A stretch of DNA of 58,587 bases, filler included, from Sphacelaria rigidula (taxonomy: Eukaryota): NCBI GenBank assembly GCA_964200075.2. It is 9 parts of 9 records of this genome, joined end to end, with 100 filler letters (N's around TTAATTAATTAA, not from the genome) between each part and the next. Parts side by side here need not be neighbours in the genome. Positions count along the whole stretch, not along the records: positions 19,565 to 25,985 come from CAXNAA020020175.1; positions 26,086 to 32,506 come from CAXNAA020020176.1; positions 32,607 to 39,027 come from CAXNAA020020177.1; 6 more parts are not named here. One strand, given 5' to 3'. This document shows positions 24,506 to 35,180 of this stretch, in pieces. Each line of letters begins with the position of its first letter. The first letter of the stretch is position 1. The notes below the pieces were generated by a model that saw only the letters and a program-made list of their open reading frames with translations, ran no database searches and was not told the DNA's origin. The position numbers were made by a program, and so were the translations under genes.

Positions 24506-25899
24506 ACCCCGGTTCAAACCAGTCCAGCTGGACATCATCAACAAGCTAAAATGGGATTTGGGTACGTGCTCCAGTAGGATCTCCAGCGGTGAACTCATCT
24601 GGATGATGCTGCGCCTACGGGGTCACCAGCAGTCGATACTTCCCTGGTTGACATTCGGAATACCTGCGCTCGTAAGGCCACTCACTAGCGGTGACGGCTA
24701 TGAAAACGGCCGAGTTTGATATCCTCCAGCATTCTGGGATATGGGTTGCAGGGTGCGCCAGTAGCTTGGCATTCCTGCGGCGAAGTGTTCAACCGGAAAT
24801 ACCCTGTCCGCAAAATGAGTAAACCCGGTGAAGCGCGGGACGTTCAGACCTCCGCATTGCGCTGGAATTACACTCGTCGTGTTCTCAGGAAAGCAATGTC
24901 CCCAGTCGTGGATTACCGCACGGGTGTTTCGGGCTTACTGTCATAATAATGCATCTCTTGGTAATGTGCAACAGTAGTATCTTGTCCGTACGCAGTGAAA
25001 TACTTGACGACCATCCGATCCTCCACTGCGAAACTTGGATCACTGGCGGAGTGTTCCGTACCACATCTCCGTATGACACCATGTACATCTGCACCAATCA
25101 TGTTTTACTACCAAGTACAGACCTCACGGTATGCAGTGGCGGTTGTTACCAAGGAGGCAGGGCGAAAATTCCGCGCTATTTTTGTATTCTAACCCTCATG
25201 ACTACGCTTCCCGTGACGGTGCAGTTGTCAAGTTGTTCATGCTGGTGGTAAAGACAGGGTCACCAGTTACTTTTGTCTTCCGTCTCCTTTTCGTAACCGC
25301 GTTGTTGCGTGACTTGCGACTGCTCCACAGGCCCTTCGTGACCCGGGCCTTTATGGAAGAACATGCCGGGGTGTACGAAGTCAGAGAAAACGGAACAGAA
25401 CGGCGAGCCTCGCATCGGTTGCATGATACGTGGTTAAGCGGTGGTTGCATGCCAGTACACCGCCAACGTCCTCTTTTCAGCAGAGCTGCGAGCATCGCAC
25501 GAGTTTCACATCACTTTTGTGGGTGACGACTAGTTTTGACTAGCGTGTTGGAACTGACAACAGCCGATGTACGAATTTTCCGCGGGGTTTTTCTCCCCGT
25601 TCCCGCAGCATTCGACTATCTAGTACGAAGCACGGTGTTTTGAACCAGTATATTTTCAATGATTTCATACCCAGCTGCCCAAGCGGTGTAGCCGTTGAGG
25701 CAGAGATCGCCGCCGGCTTCGTGCTCTGGACCTTCTGGCCTTCACAAGAGAGGGGTCCACCCCCTAGCCGTCTATCCACCAAGGAAAATAATCTGCTTCA
25801 GCAAAACAGAGTATCACAAAACAGACATCGCTTCGGCGTAATCGCTTTAATCAACCGCAGTATAGCGAAAAGCCAGGTGATGCGAAACGAGATGAAACG

Positions 25900-25985
25900 C
25901 TCCCCCCCCGCCCCCCTGCGAACACGGACCCCCGATGGGGTTGGCGTCGCTTGGCGATGACGCTGTAAAACACGCCACTCACTAC
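25900..25985 (-). repeat. Family A tail, reverse orientation
   Basis: Reverse complement matches 1746-1800 and then runs into GGGGGGCGGGGGGG. Confidence 0.8.
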
Positions 25986-26085
25986 NNNNNNNNNNNNNNN
26001 NNNNNNNNNNNNNNNNNNNNNNNNNNNNNTTAATTAATTAANNNNNNNNNNNNNNNNNNNNNNNNNNNNNNNNNNNNNNNNNNNN
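25986..26085. other. Artificial contig linker
   Basis: Same 100-bp linker. Confidence 0.99.
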
Positions 26086-26090
26086 GGGCG

Positions 26091-26121
<31 letters not shown>

Positions 26122-26330
26122 GTACTCATTTATTGCTTGCCTTAGTCGTTCGACCGTTGACCACGCATCCCTTTCGAGACGGAGCACGGAGCGATCGAGC
26201 AGGCGGAGTTTGGGGGGGAAAATATACTTTCGCTCTGTGTTACTCTTTCGCATCTTCCCTGCAATGGAGGAATGGAACTTCAAACTCATTTTATGTTTCA
26301 ACCCCAAAAATTAGGATCGGCTGTTCATTA
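26086..26330 (+). repeat. G-run-headed repeat, family B
   Basis: Long G-run then CGTACTCATTTATTGCTTGCCTTAGTCGTTCGACCGTTGACCACGCATCCCTTTCGAGACGGAGCAC; second head at 55470-55550; related segments at about 39160-39210 and 52215-52260. Confidence 0.8.
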
Positions 26331-26454
26331 TTGGTTCAATATGAGCAGTTTCCCCGCTCTTCAGCGACGTAACGGTAAATATTCAGATACAAAAGAGTTC
26401 ACTCTGGATGGTGAGAAACTTCTCAGATGGTTCGACATTATTTTAGTGTATACA

Positions 26455-26692
26455 GCGAAAATCCTGATCTTCAATGGGGCTATGCTCCAAGCGTGCTCCT
26501 AGCTTGCGCAGAACGCGTTTTGATCGAAGTCGGCGCCTGGGGCGCCGATTTGAGGTCCGGCAACGCACCCTTCGCCTATGTAACACTGTCCACCCCCTCG
26601 CCCGAGGGTTATCGGTTTGCCCTCGTTGGGGTTAGGGTTAGGTGTTGGTGTTATAGTTTGTTCGAAATTACAAGTTTCTGAGAAACTTCTCA
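26455..26692 (+). repeat. Dispersed repeat with internal telomere-like GGGTTA units
   Basis: Colinear with the reverse complement of about 46195-46422; contains GGGGTTAGGGTTAGG. Confidence 0.75.
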
Positions 26693-27909
26693 CTATCCCA
26701 AGTGGTACACTGACCCCTTCAGATAAATGAAAACGTGAAAAATTCTTCACAATAACGATCGAGATCGTGTTTCCTCCCTTCACTGCACAGACCTCAGTCT
26801 AGTATTTTCTGCGGGAGGCCTATTTTCGTTTTTTTTTCGCATAAGATTTTCCATGAGCAGTCAAGAGTGCTAGCGTCGAAACCTTTCGCAAAATCTGCTT
26901 TAAGCAGACCGTGCTCAAATCACAATCGCCCAAGGTAGTGTCGTGGGGGCGATACCGGGTAAAGACCCCGTTTATCAGGAGGGTGTTATTGACCGTAAAT
27001 GGTCCAAGAAACATGGTTTTTCTGCCTCAGCGCAGCGACTAGGTGGAATTTCAAAAAACAATTATTTTTGAGTCTCCACTTCCATGATCCGGATCGAGTC
27101 GGTCCACCGAAAATACGAAAAAGCTAGAGCGTGGGGTCCTATTTTCGCAGGACCCCCGAAGATCGTCCAAGCCCGTAAGTCACCCATTATTGATCACAGA
27201 TGATTTTTCTTCAAATATTTGTCCAGAGGTAGTTCATCCAACAGCCACTGTGATGAGTGGTGGCAAGCAAAACAAATTTGGACAATCTTTGAGAAACGAA
27301 GAAATTACGGATTCTGCATACTTCTGACGCCGACTACTGTAGAACTCTCACATATCCTGAACGGAATATCAACGCGTAACTGCAAGGAAGAGCACACACG
27401 TGGAATGAGACATGGATCATTTTCAAGCGCGAATGATCAAACCCACTACACCAACCGGGGGATGAACATCCACGCTTACCGTGGCAAGACCCCATGCAAC
27501 TATTCGCATAGTCCTATTTTTCAAGTAATGAACCAAAAATGACGTGCCACGAGCTTCCCGCTTCTCGAAGATATGCCTCAGGGCGCCTCCTTCGCTGGCG
27601 CACCAGCGTGCAACGCTCTGAAACTCGAAGTTCGGCGTCACAGATTTTTCCCACTATTCGTTCGTGTGACAATGTCTTGAGGGTTTCAAGTTTCCTTCAC
27701 CGTGGCCTTCTCTCGTCTGCTACACCGTTACATGCCGCGATATTTCCGCCCTTTACGAAAACCATATCCCAACTGACGGCGGGTTACCCAACTTTCCCGT
27801 GGCGCTACTGCCGTACTGCACTGTGTCAACCCGGCTACAACCCAGCAAATACGTTTGAAGTACTGTCAACTACCCCAACTCTACAACGAATGACAAATTT
27901 ACAATGAGT

Positions 27910-28022
27910 TCAATCGCAGCCCAAGCTATCCCGTGTGTCGACGCCCGTTGTTGGGTTGGTTCCTTTAGCCATGGCGCACAGATATTGGACCTGGTCCTTT
28001 CTCAAGAAAGTGTCGGTGAAAT
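27910..28022 (-). CDS. TL15: Thylakoid lumenal 15-kDa-like pentapeptide-repeat protein, last exon
   Basis: ggacag| acceptor, completes [38 protein letters not shown] matches the TL15-type C-terminus DFTD..LR.DQ..YLC..A.G.N.TTG..TRD.L.C. Confidence 0.92.
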
Positions 28023-28255
28023 CTGTCCAGGCATTGGTGCACACAAAGGACACCGTACAAAGCACGCAAAACGAGTATGGGGCAGGGGAACAGGACCGAA
28101 CGGTTGCCATCAGAAAAATGCGTGTGAGAGGGAGCGAAAAGTGTTGGCGAGGGTAGGGGTGAAGGGGCATGACACAAGTCTGGAGACATGTAACCTCATT
28201 TCAAGTCAAGGCGCTTGCCTCGCAACAGCTTAGCCATTCCGAGTGATGCTACAAT

Positions 28256-28510
28256 AGGAGGTGGGGGGGGGGGGGGGGGGTTTTGCTCCACAAAATTTCC
28301 CCTATATTCCTCTTTGAAAGACGCAACTTTTTTTTGTAAGTTCCTTTACCNNNNNNNNNNAAAAATCCTTATGTTATCGAGCGAGACGCACACATGAGAA
28401 CTTTGGCAGAGATAGGTGTGAAAAAAAGGGGGGGGGGGGGGGGGGGGGGGGGGTATTTGCTCCACAAAATTTCCCCTCAGATCGTCGTTGAAAGCAGCAA
28501 CGTTTGTTCG
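28256..28510 (+). repeat. Two tandem G-run-headed repeats (family C) in a TL15 intron
   Basis: G-run then TTTGCTCCACAAAATTTCCCCT at about 28282 and 28456, separated by a 10-N gap. Confidence 0.75.
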
Positions 28511-29740
28511 AACGTGCTTGTCACCAATAAATACACTCGTTCATACCACTCGACACTGTTTTCACCCGAATACAAACGGAAGGCGAGTATTCAGGTCGTC
28601 TGACATACCTACGAACCCCCGTATTTCATCCAATCAACATCCCCCCCCCCGCGTATCGTAACATCACTCTTCGGCGTGATACCTGGCCAAGTGGATGGCT
28701 GAGGCGATGGGTGTTTATCGTGTAACAGTCCGCCCCCTTCTACTCGAAATAGTGTTGAGAACAAGCCCAAGAGCGAACCACTTGAGAGGGGTGATTTGGC
28801 TGTACACTACTGTTGTACTGCACCATGTGTGCTAACCGAGACACGGCAGCTGGCTCGACACCCCCTTCATGATCCTGGCTCTTGGTGCCACGTTCTTACA
28901 GGGGTGTCCCGATGTTCGAGGCGGTGGAAATAGGCCTGCACAATCACTCCTCCGCCAGGTGGAGCCTAGTGGACTTAAGAGGCTAAGTCTGCTTGGGCTA
29001 GACCGCCTCAATGTGTGGCCCCCACTAGACGGCCTACCCCTGTATTTTATCATATCGTGTAAAATGGACAATGCAGGGAGACCTTCCCAGAAAAGTACAA
29101 GAAATATGTCATGGCATGGTGCGATTTGTTTGCCGTATACCCACTTACATACCACACCACGTGCGCTTCTGACGTGAAATTCATTCAAGATACACAAAAG
29201 CCAAACAAGTCAACCCGTTCACCTAGAGGATTGGCGATCTGTTGATACGGCATCATTTACAATTGAAGGAAAGAGTGAAAGGAGGGTAACTTATGCCGAC
29301 TCAACAGAACGCCTACGCTCGCCGTAAAAGGTTTGAACGAAGAGAAGTTCGCTGCGGGAGACTCGAGAGAACGGACATATACGAGAAAGAATAAGGGGGA
29401 AAATTAGTCAAATGACGTGAGAAAGGGGGGATCAGACGTCAGACCGAGAAGTCGTGCAGGTCCCAGTACAAAATCCCGACGTGTTTAGCCGGGGGTTCAC
29501 GTTAGAAGGCCGTACACGCAAGGTTAGGACAGCAGGGTGAGACTCACCTATTCGTAGACAACACCTCTAGCCCGATAATAACACCATCTATTTTCAAATG
29601 GTTACGTTTTGTGACCCGTGGTGTGCTGTAAATATCTGCAAAAGGAAGGTACGATCACACATTCCAAAAATCGCCATGAATCATGGCAAATCTCAAATGG
29701 AAATTTGGGATTTAGACTACAGGCAAAACCAGGAGCTCAC

Positions 29741-29826
29741 CGGCCCCCTCTATATTTGCTGGCGTCATGTTTGTAGCCCCAGATACGTAGGCCTCCGTCA
29801 CCACGGCGTTTTTTAGCACAGCACCG
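29741..29826 (-). CDS. TL15: TL15-like protein, internal exon
   Basis: ctacag| and |gtgagc, 86 nt, phases fit both neighbours; (N)GAVLKNAVVTEAYVSGATNMTPANIEGA(D). Confidence 0.9.
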
Positions 29827-30480
29827 CTGTAGCAAAATCCAAATCCGGCAGTTGACATGAGTGAGTCGGTATAACAACGGATGGGAACAAGGGATTTCAA
29901 AATCAGCATATCCAGCGGGCCATAATTCCTGCAAAGACATCTTCAAAAAAAGATGAAGCATCAACACAGTATCGCTGCAAGACCAAATACTCAAGACAGG
30001 CAACAGCTAGTAAGCAGTACCGCTAACAGCGGCGAAACACGTCCAAGATAAGCATACCGTGGAAACAATCGGTGCATTTGACATCTAGCAAAAGAGCAAA
30101 GAAGGGTACTGTACTAGGCTTGAAAACACTGCTGTGTGCTCAAACGCCAGACCGTCGATCACGGGCGCTGTGTCGGTCCTCTAGTTGCAGCGTCCAGGTT
30201 CGTGGATTCAAGTGTGGAGTGCACACAAATTGCTATCCCCAGAGTGAGGCTTCCGTGAGGACCAGATAGCTAGCAAGCTTTTGGTCGTGGGGAATGACCT
30301 CTCGCGGATGTTGTCCAGCGGATCGGAATCGGGACCCCAGAGGTATCAGTTACGTGCTCTCACGTCAGAACCGCCCCTCGACAGACTGATACTATGCAAG
30401 CGTCAACCGGAAAAATATGCAAAATGCGATACAGCAACGCAGAGCACAGCGAAAACAGCCAAGGTACGCTCTCCACTCAC

Positions 30481-30562
30481 TTGAGATTCGCAAGCTCCAA
30501 GTTGGCCTGATTAAGGTTCGCCGACTCGAATGTGCATCGAGATAGGTCGGCGTCGAAAAACC
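30481..30562 (-). CDS. TL15: TL15-like protein, internal exon (absent from ORF track)
   Basis: aacaag| and |gtgagt, 82 nt; (G)FFDADLSRCTFESANLNQANLELANL(N), pentapeptide A[D/N]LXX repeats. Confidence 0.92.
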
Positions 30563-31086
30563 CTTGTTGACAGCACATTCCAGAAACATCAATGATCGCG
30601 AGATGACAACGGGCATACTGCCGTCAGAATCGCACGTTCTCACAGATCATGTATGGAAAGCAAAGACACGACAACCCCTGCATCATCACAATTGCGACCT
30701 CTATGGTCAACCCCCGGATGTGCCGGACCCAGGGTTGACCTCCCATTCCTGACAATCCCACTAGCCTGGAGCGGGCCAATTGCACTGTCTGCAGTTGTGG
30801 TGAACAAGTCTCCAGATGACATAAAACTCACAACAATCAGAGCTGTGAGACATTTCGATGTAAAAAGTGTCTTCCACCAATATGGAGCTGGTTGCAGCTC
30901 GTAAGGTGACTGTTCCTATCGTAAATCAGGTCAACACAGCACAGGGCAAACTCTGGGATGGGCAGGATGTGACCAGCTGGGGACCGCACTGTGCGATTAC
31001 ATATATACCCGATCGGCCTTGCGGCAGCTCAACAAGGCGCACGGACGCAACATCTTGAAGGGCAGTGCGGGGCATTAGGAACCTAC

Positions 31087-31221
31087 CGGCAGCTACGAGC
31101 TTGGCGTTATTAAAGTTGGTTCCTCGCACAAGAGACTGCTGGAAGGATACTCCAGACATGTCCTTGCCATGGAAATCAGCGCCCTCGATATTCACTCCGC
31201 GCGTTACCGTGGTACGAGCTC
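31087..31221 (-). CDS. TL15: TL15-like protein, internal exon
   Basis: cgttag| and |gtaggt, 135 nt; ARTTVTRGVNIEGADFHGKDMSGVSFQQSLVRGTNFNNAKLVAA(G); targeting-peptide exon(s) not found on this contig. Confidence 0.92.
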
Positions 31222-31339
31222 CTAACGCACACAGAAGTGTGCGGAGAGGGCGCATCGGACACACAAGGAACCGAGGAAAGTGGACCATGACGCACCGAGG
31301 AAGTTAGGCAATGCTCGAGGGATAAACCTGAATGAAATC

Positions 31340-31440
31340 CAATCATTCACCAGGCTTCCATGAGACGGGCGATTCTTGTTGGTGAAGTCATCGTAGTGCA
31401 GCACTGATGTTCAGCCCGCGTGTAGCGGTAGTATGACCTC
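31340..31440 (-). pseudogene. Decayed tandem duplicate of TL15 exon 31087-31221
   Basis: gtgcag| acceptor in the same phase; GHTTATRGLNI versus ARTTVTRGVNI, then frameshift/stop, then DFTNKN..SLV versus DFHGKD..SLV. Confidence 0.65.
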
Positions 31441-32506
31441 CTGCACCAAGAGCCAGGCAAGCGCACAGCAAATCAACCAAAAGGCGAGCGTGAAAAACGC
31501 ATTTGGCAACAGGTGACGTCATGATCTGTCTCCCGCAATTTTCTGCCGCTTCTCTACCCTGCCTGTTATTGTCCTCTGCAGACACAACACTAGTCACGAG
31601 CACAGCGAATCAAACAGCTTTTCGCAGAAAATGACCATTCCAATTAGCGAGCCTGCTCAATTGACAAGTCTAATCTGCAACAATTTTTCAGCGGAGGGCA
31701 GCACGTCAGCGTTGTTGAGAAAGCTACAAACAAGTCTCAAAAAACATAGTTGAGTTCATAACTGTACTCTCGAGTGTCAAAATCAAAGCACCACTCGCTC
31801 GATGTTTGACAGGACCAATACTGTCACTTGACCTTCCGACCGCGAAGGTGTACATTTGCGCCCTGTACGCCCCGTTTCGGGATGTGTTCTTTCCTCTACC
31901 AGCGCTCATAGCAAAAAGTGTGCTCACTTATTTTGAAGCCAAAGCGGTAGCCTACAAATACTTCTTGCGCGCAGATCACGGGGCGAAGTCAGGCGTCACT
32001 CCACCTCTTGCGCCTCCCATTCAACTCATAATTCGACCGACTTGCCTAACTTCCCAAGAAGCTCAACTACTGATAATATTAGCGGTCACTATGTACGTGT
32101 TAATTTAAGGCCGCGACCCGGTAGATAAACTGGTGCACCAAAGGCTAGTTTGAGCGAATTTAGTCGTCCGAATCCTAACAGACATGGGCCTTTGTGCATA
32201 CAGAATCTGGCTTCTATCGTCGACATTAACCCTTTTGGGACCAGGCCTCCAGAACGACCAATAAGGCTGGTCAAGAATGACGTGTCTGGCGTCTGCACGA
32301 AACAGTGTCGTGTTGTTGAAAATCCGCATATGTAACCGCAGGGTTGTTATGACGAAGACCGATATTTCATCCAATCTGTTTTCAGGTGGAGGGTACGCAT
32401 TAGGTGGTGCGCATCTGATGTAGCAAACAGTATGAGTTGTGGTAGAGAGCTTCCAACAGGATGGGGCGACATGTGACTTTGGATGATACTTCTGTCCTCA
32501 TCACCT

Positions 32507-32606
32507 NNNNNNNNNNNNNNNNNNNNNNNNNNNNNNNNNNNNNNNNNNNNTTAATTAATTAANNNNNNNNNNNNNNNNNNNNNNNNNNNNNNNNNNNNNN
32601 NNNNNN
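32507..32606. other. Artificial contig linker
   Basis: Same 100-bp linker. Confidence 0.99.
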
Positions 32607-35180
32607 TATCCGATTGTGATTCGGAACAGTTTTGTTCCCAGATCGAAAGCACCCTACTCATGCACTGTTAGACTGAGTACAAAGTCAACGGTTTCATCGA
32701 GGAGATGGTGCAGGTTATAAAACGGTCAGTACCGCCATCCCGTATAGCCATATTGTAACAGCATCACAAATAAATAAACGGTAGCATGTGGAAAAACCGA
32801 AGGGTGACATCCAACCCAATGTTCGGAGACACAAGCGATTTTGTTCATCCAGCGGGTCTTGTCGAGTTTGAGTACATGTGGAGGAGGATAGCGTGGTTCC
32901 ATTTCAGCTGTATCAAACTGCAAAATCGTGTTGAGTTGCTCCTTTCAGCTGCATCACACAGCAGAAAGCACATTGCGGCTGTTGCATGGAATTATTTAGC
33001 AAAGCAGTGTGGAGAGCCGCGCAATCATAGTATCCACCGTGACTCTATTCAATCAGGTCTACCCGACAATATTTGACTCGTATATAGTAACAGTATCCAA
33101 TCGTATTACCGTGCACATATCATCGTATTACTCAAAAATTGGTATCGCTTCTTCTCTTTCCCATTCGAGCCGCCCTCGGAGGCGGGAGTAGAAAATGCAG
33201 CTAGTAACATGACATGTTTGGTGTATGCCGCTAAATTATCACAGAATTGATTCTTGTATCGAGTAACGGCCGGGATGTGGTGAAGCTGTGCAATACGATG
33301 TCCATCTGCGTTATGCATACTTTTCCCCTAGTGGATACTGATGCCAATTCAGCAGGTGACCTACCCTCGTAGTCAAAGGGTTAATACTCACAACGATAGG
33401 GTAGCTTACAGCCCCCCCTCTGCGCGGTGTATAGAGCAGCATTGTTTGTTTCACTCACATCCCTGGGTGTCAAGGGTCATCACCTCAATGTTTTCATTGC
33501 TGTGTGCGACGTTCACATGTCGATCCCGTGCACTCACCCGTGAGGGCAAGTTTTCATTTCAAGGCGTAAGGGAGATTATCCATCACATCTAAAAACCTGC
33601 CACACTTATATGGCAATGTGTATAGGGCGTACTCAATGCATGGTGACCGAAAATTTGGCTCAAGTGGGTCGGTTTTTAGCGACATGAGGTAATATCTCGT
33701 CGAACAGTGAGGCACGATTGATGTAGGATAATGATGAGGGATAACTGGTAGCATTCAAATGGCAACAGTGCGCCGCATCAGGTTATAGGAAGATGGGGTA
33801 TCAGCCTGAGCCGTGCACTGTGCAAGCGTTGAGCGAAACTCGTGTTTCGTGACAGGATGCACACACCAGACGGCCTTGCTGTCTTACATATTCAACAGCA
33901 ACAGACAGTACGGAAGTACATCAAAAGTTTTCTTCAAACAACATGGTGTAGTGTATCCCCGCTTTTGAACAGGGCACAGCAAGCTCCAAATCAAGCGGCA
34001 GCATTGCAACGGCAACCCTGCACCCCAGGATATAGATGTACATGTGTGCGCTTATTGCAGACACGCCATCATTTCCTTTCCCTCCATAGGTTACAGCTTG
34101 TTATAGACGCGTTGTGGTCGTGCATAGATGCTGTAGAAACGAGGCTTCGCGAGACCAACACTGCATGCATGTAGCTTGACTCGGACAGTTGAATTTTCAA
34201 AATTTCGAATCATCCGCACTTATACTATAAAATGTACCTACGGGTATTTATTGTCTGTATACAGCATGCGTACGTCGGGACAGCTGACTTTGTTGAGCTT
34301 CCCTGCGGTGACACGGTCTGCAGACTCTACATGAGCTAACTCGCATCACGAGCTGAAATGCGGGTAACTGCTGCAGCAACCTCCCCAGCTTGACCACCCA
34401 TATATGCTTGCATGGACGTGAGGGTATCACATATCATTGCTGGCCATTTGGTGCGCTGCTACGCACTCCCAGACGTCACCTGATGCCCTTGCTGACTTAC
34501 GGCGAGGTCGTGAAAATGCACATGTTTTGCTCTCTTTTATTAATGAGAAAATTGAATACCTCAGTGAACATGTACCTCTCCTGGCTTGCGTTGCACCGCA
34601 GATGATATGATCGAACACAATAGTCCCGTGGGGAAGCGCCATGATACAAGTAAACTGCAGTCTCCAGTTGTTGTCGACATTTGATTAACTCTACAGTGCA
34701 GGTTGATCACTGATCTAGGCCAACAACAAGACTTCGGTCAATGATAAAGGAATTTCACTGTTTCACGTGGGACCTTTCATTCTACTTACTATTTGACTGC
34801 CACTCACTTGCCGGTCCGTTTGTATTCATTCATTTACGACGGCATTCAAACTCCAAACTGTCTCACCATTAATCTTGTCACAATCGTCAGTTGACAGCGC
34901 GTGGGAAGACAGTCCAACGCAGTACAGTACACGTCGATCGTCAGGATATCCTTGCTCACAGCTTCAGGTAATTCGATTTCTTTCGTTCTTTGGTGGTGTT
35001 TATTGCCAGAATCTCTCTCGAGGTTTTTCTCTGAACACCAGGGTCATCTTAGCGTTGCACCGATTCTTAGAAAGAATCGGATTCAACCAGATGTAAGAGG
35101 CATGTTTTTATGTACTCCGTATCTTGACGGATTACTTAACATCCTCACCCCTGACCGCAGGTACTAGCCAGTTCCTGCGA

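Noticed and set aside
24510..25500. Possible hAT transposase relic (CNRC BED-like, V*TS motif) on minus strand
   Set aside because: Motifs too decayed to support without a profile search
26625..26645. True telomere
   Set aside because: Only 2-3 units, internal to a dispersed repeat
28830..29200. Possible DIRS/Ngaro terminal repeat in TL15 intron
   Set aside because: Impression only; no second copy or coding remnant in the window
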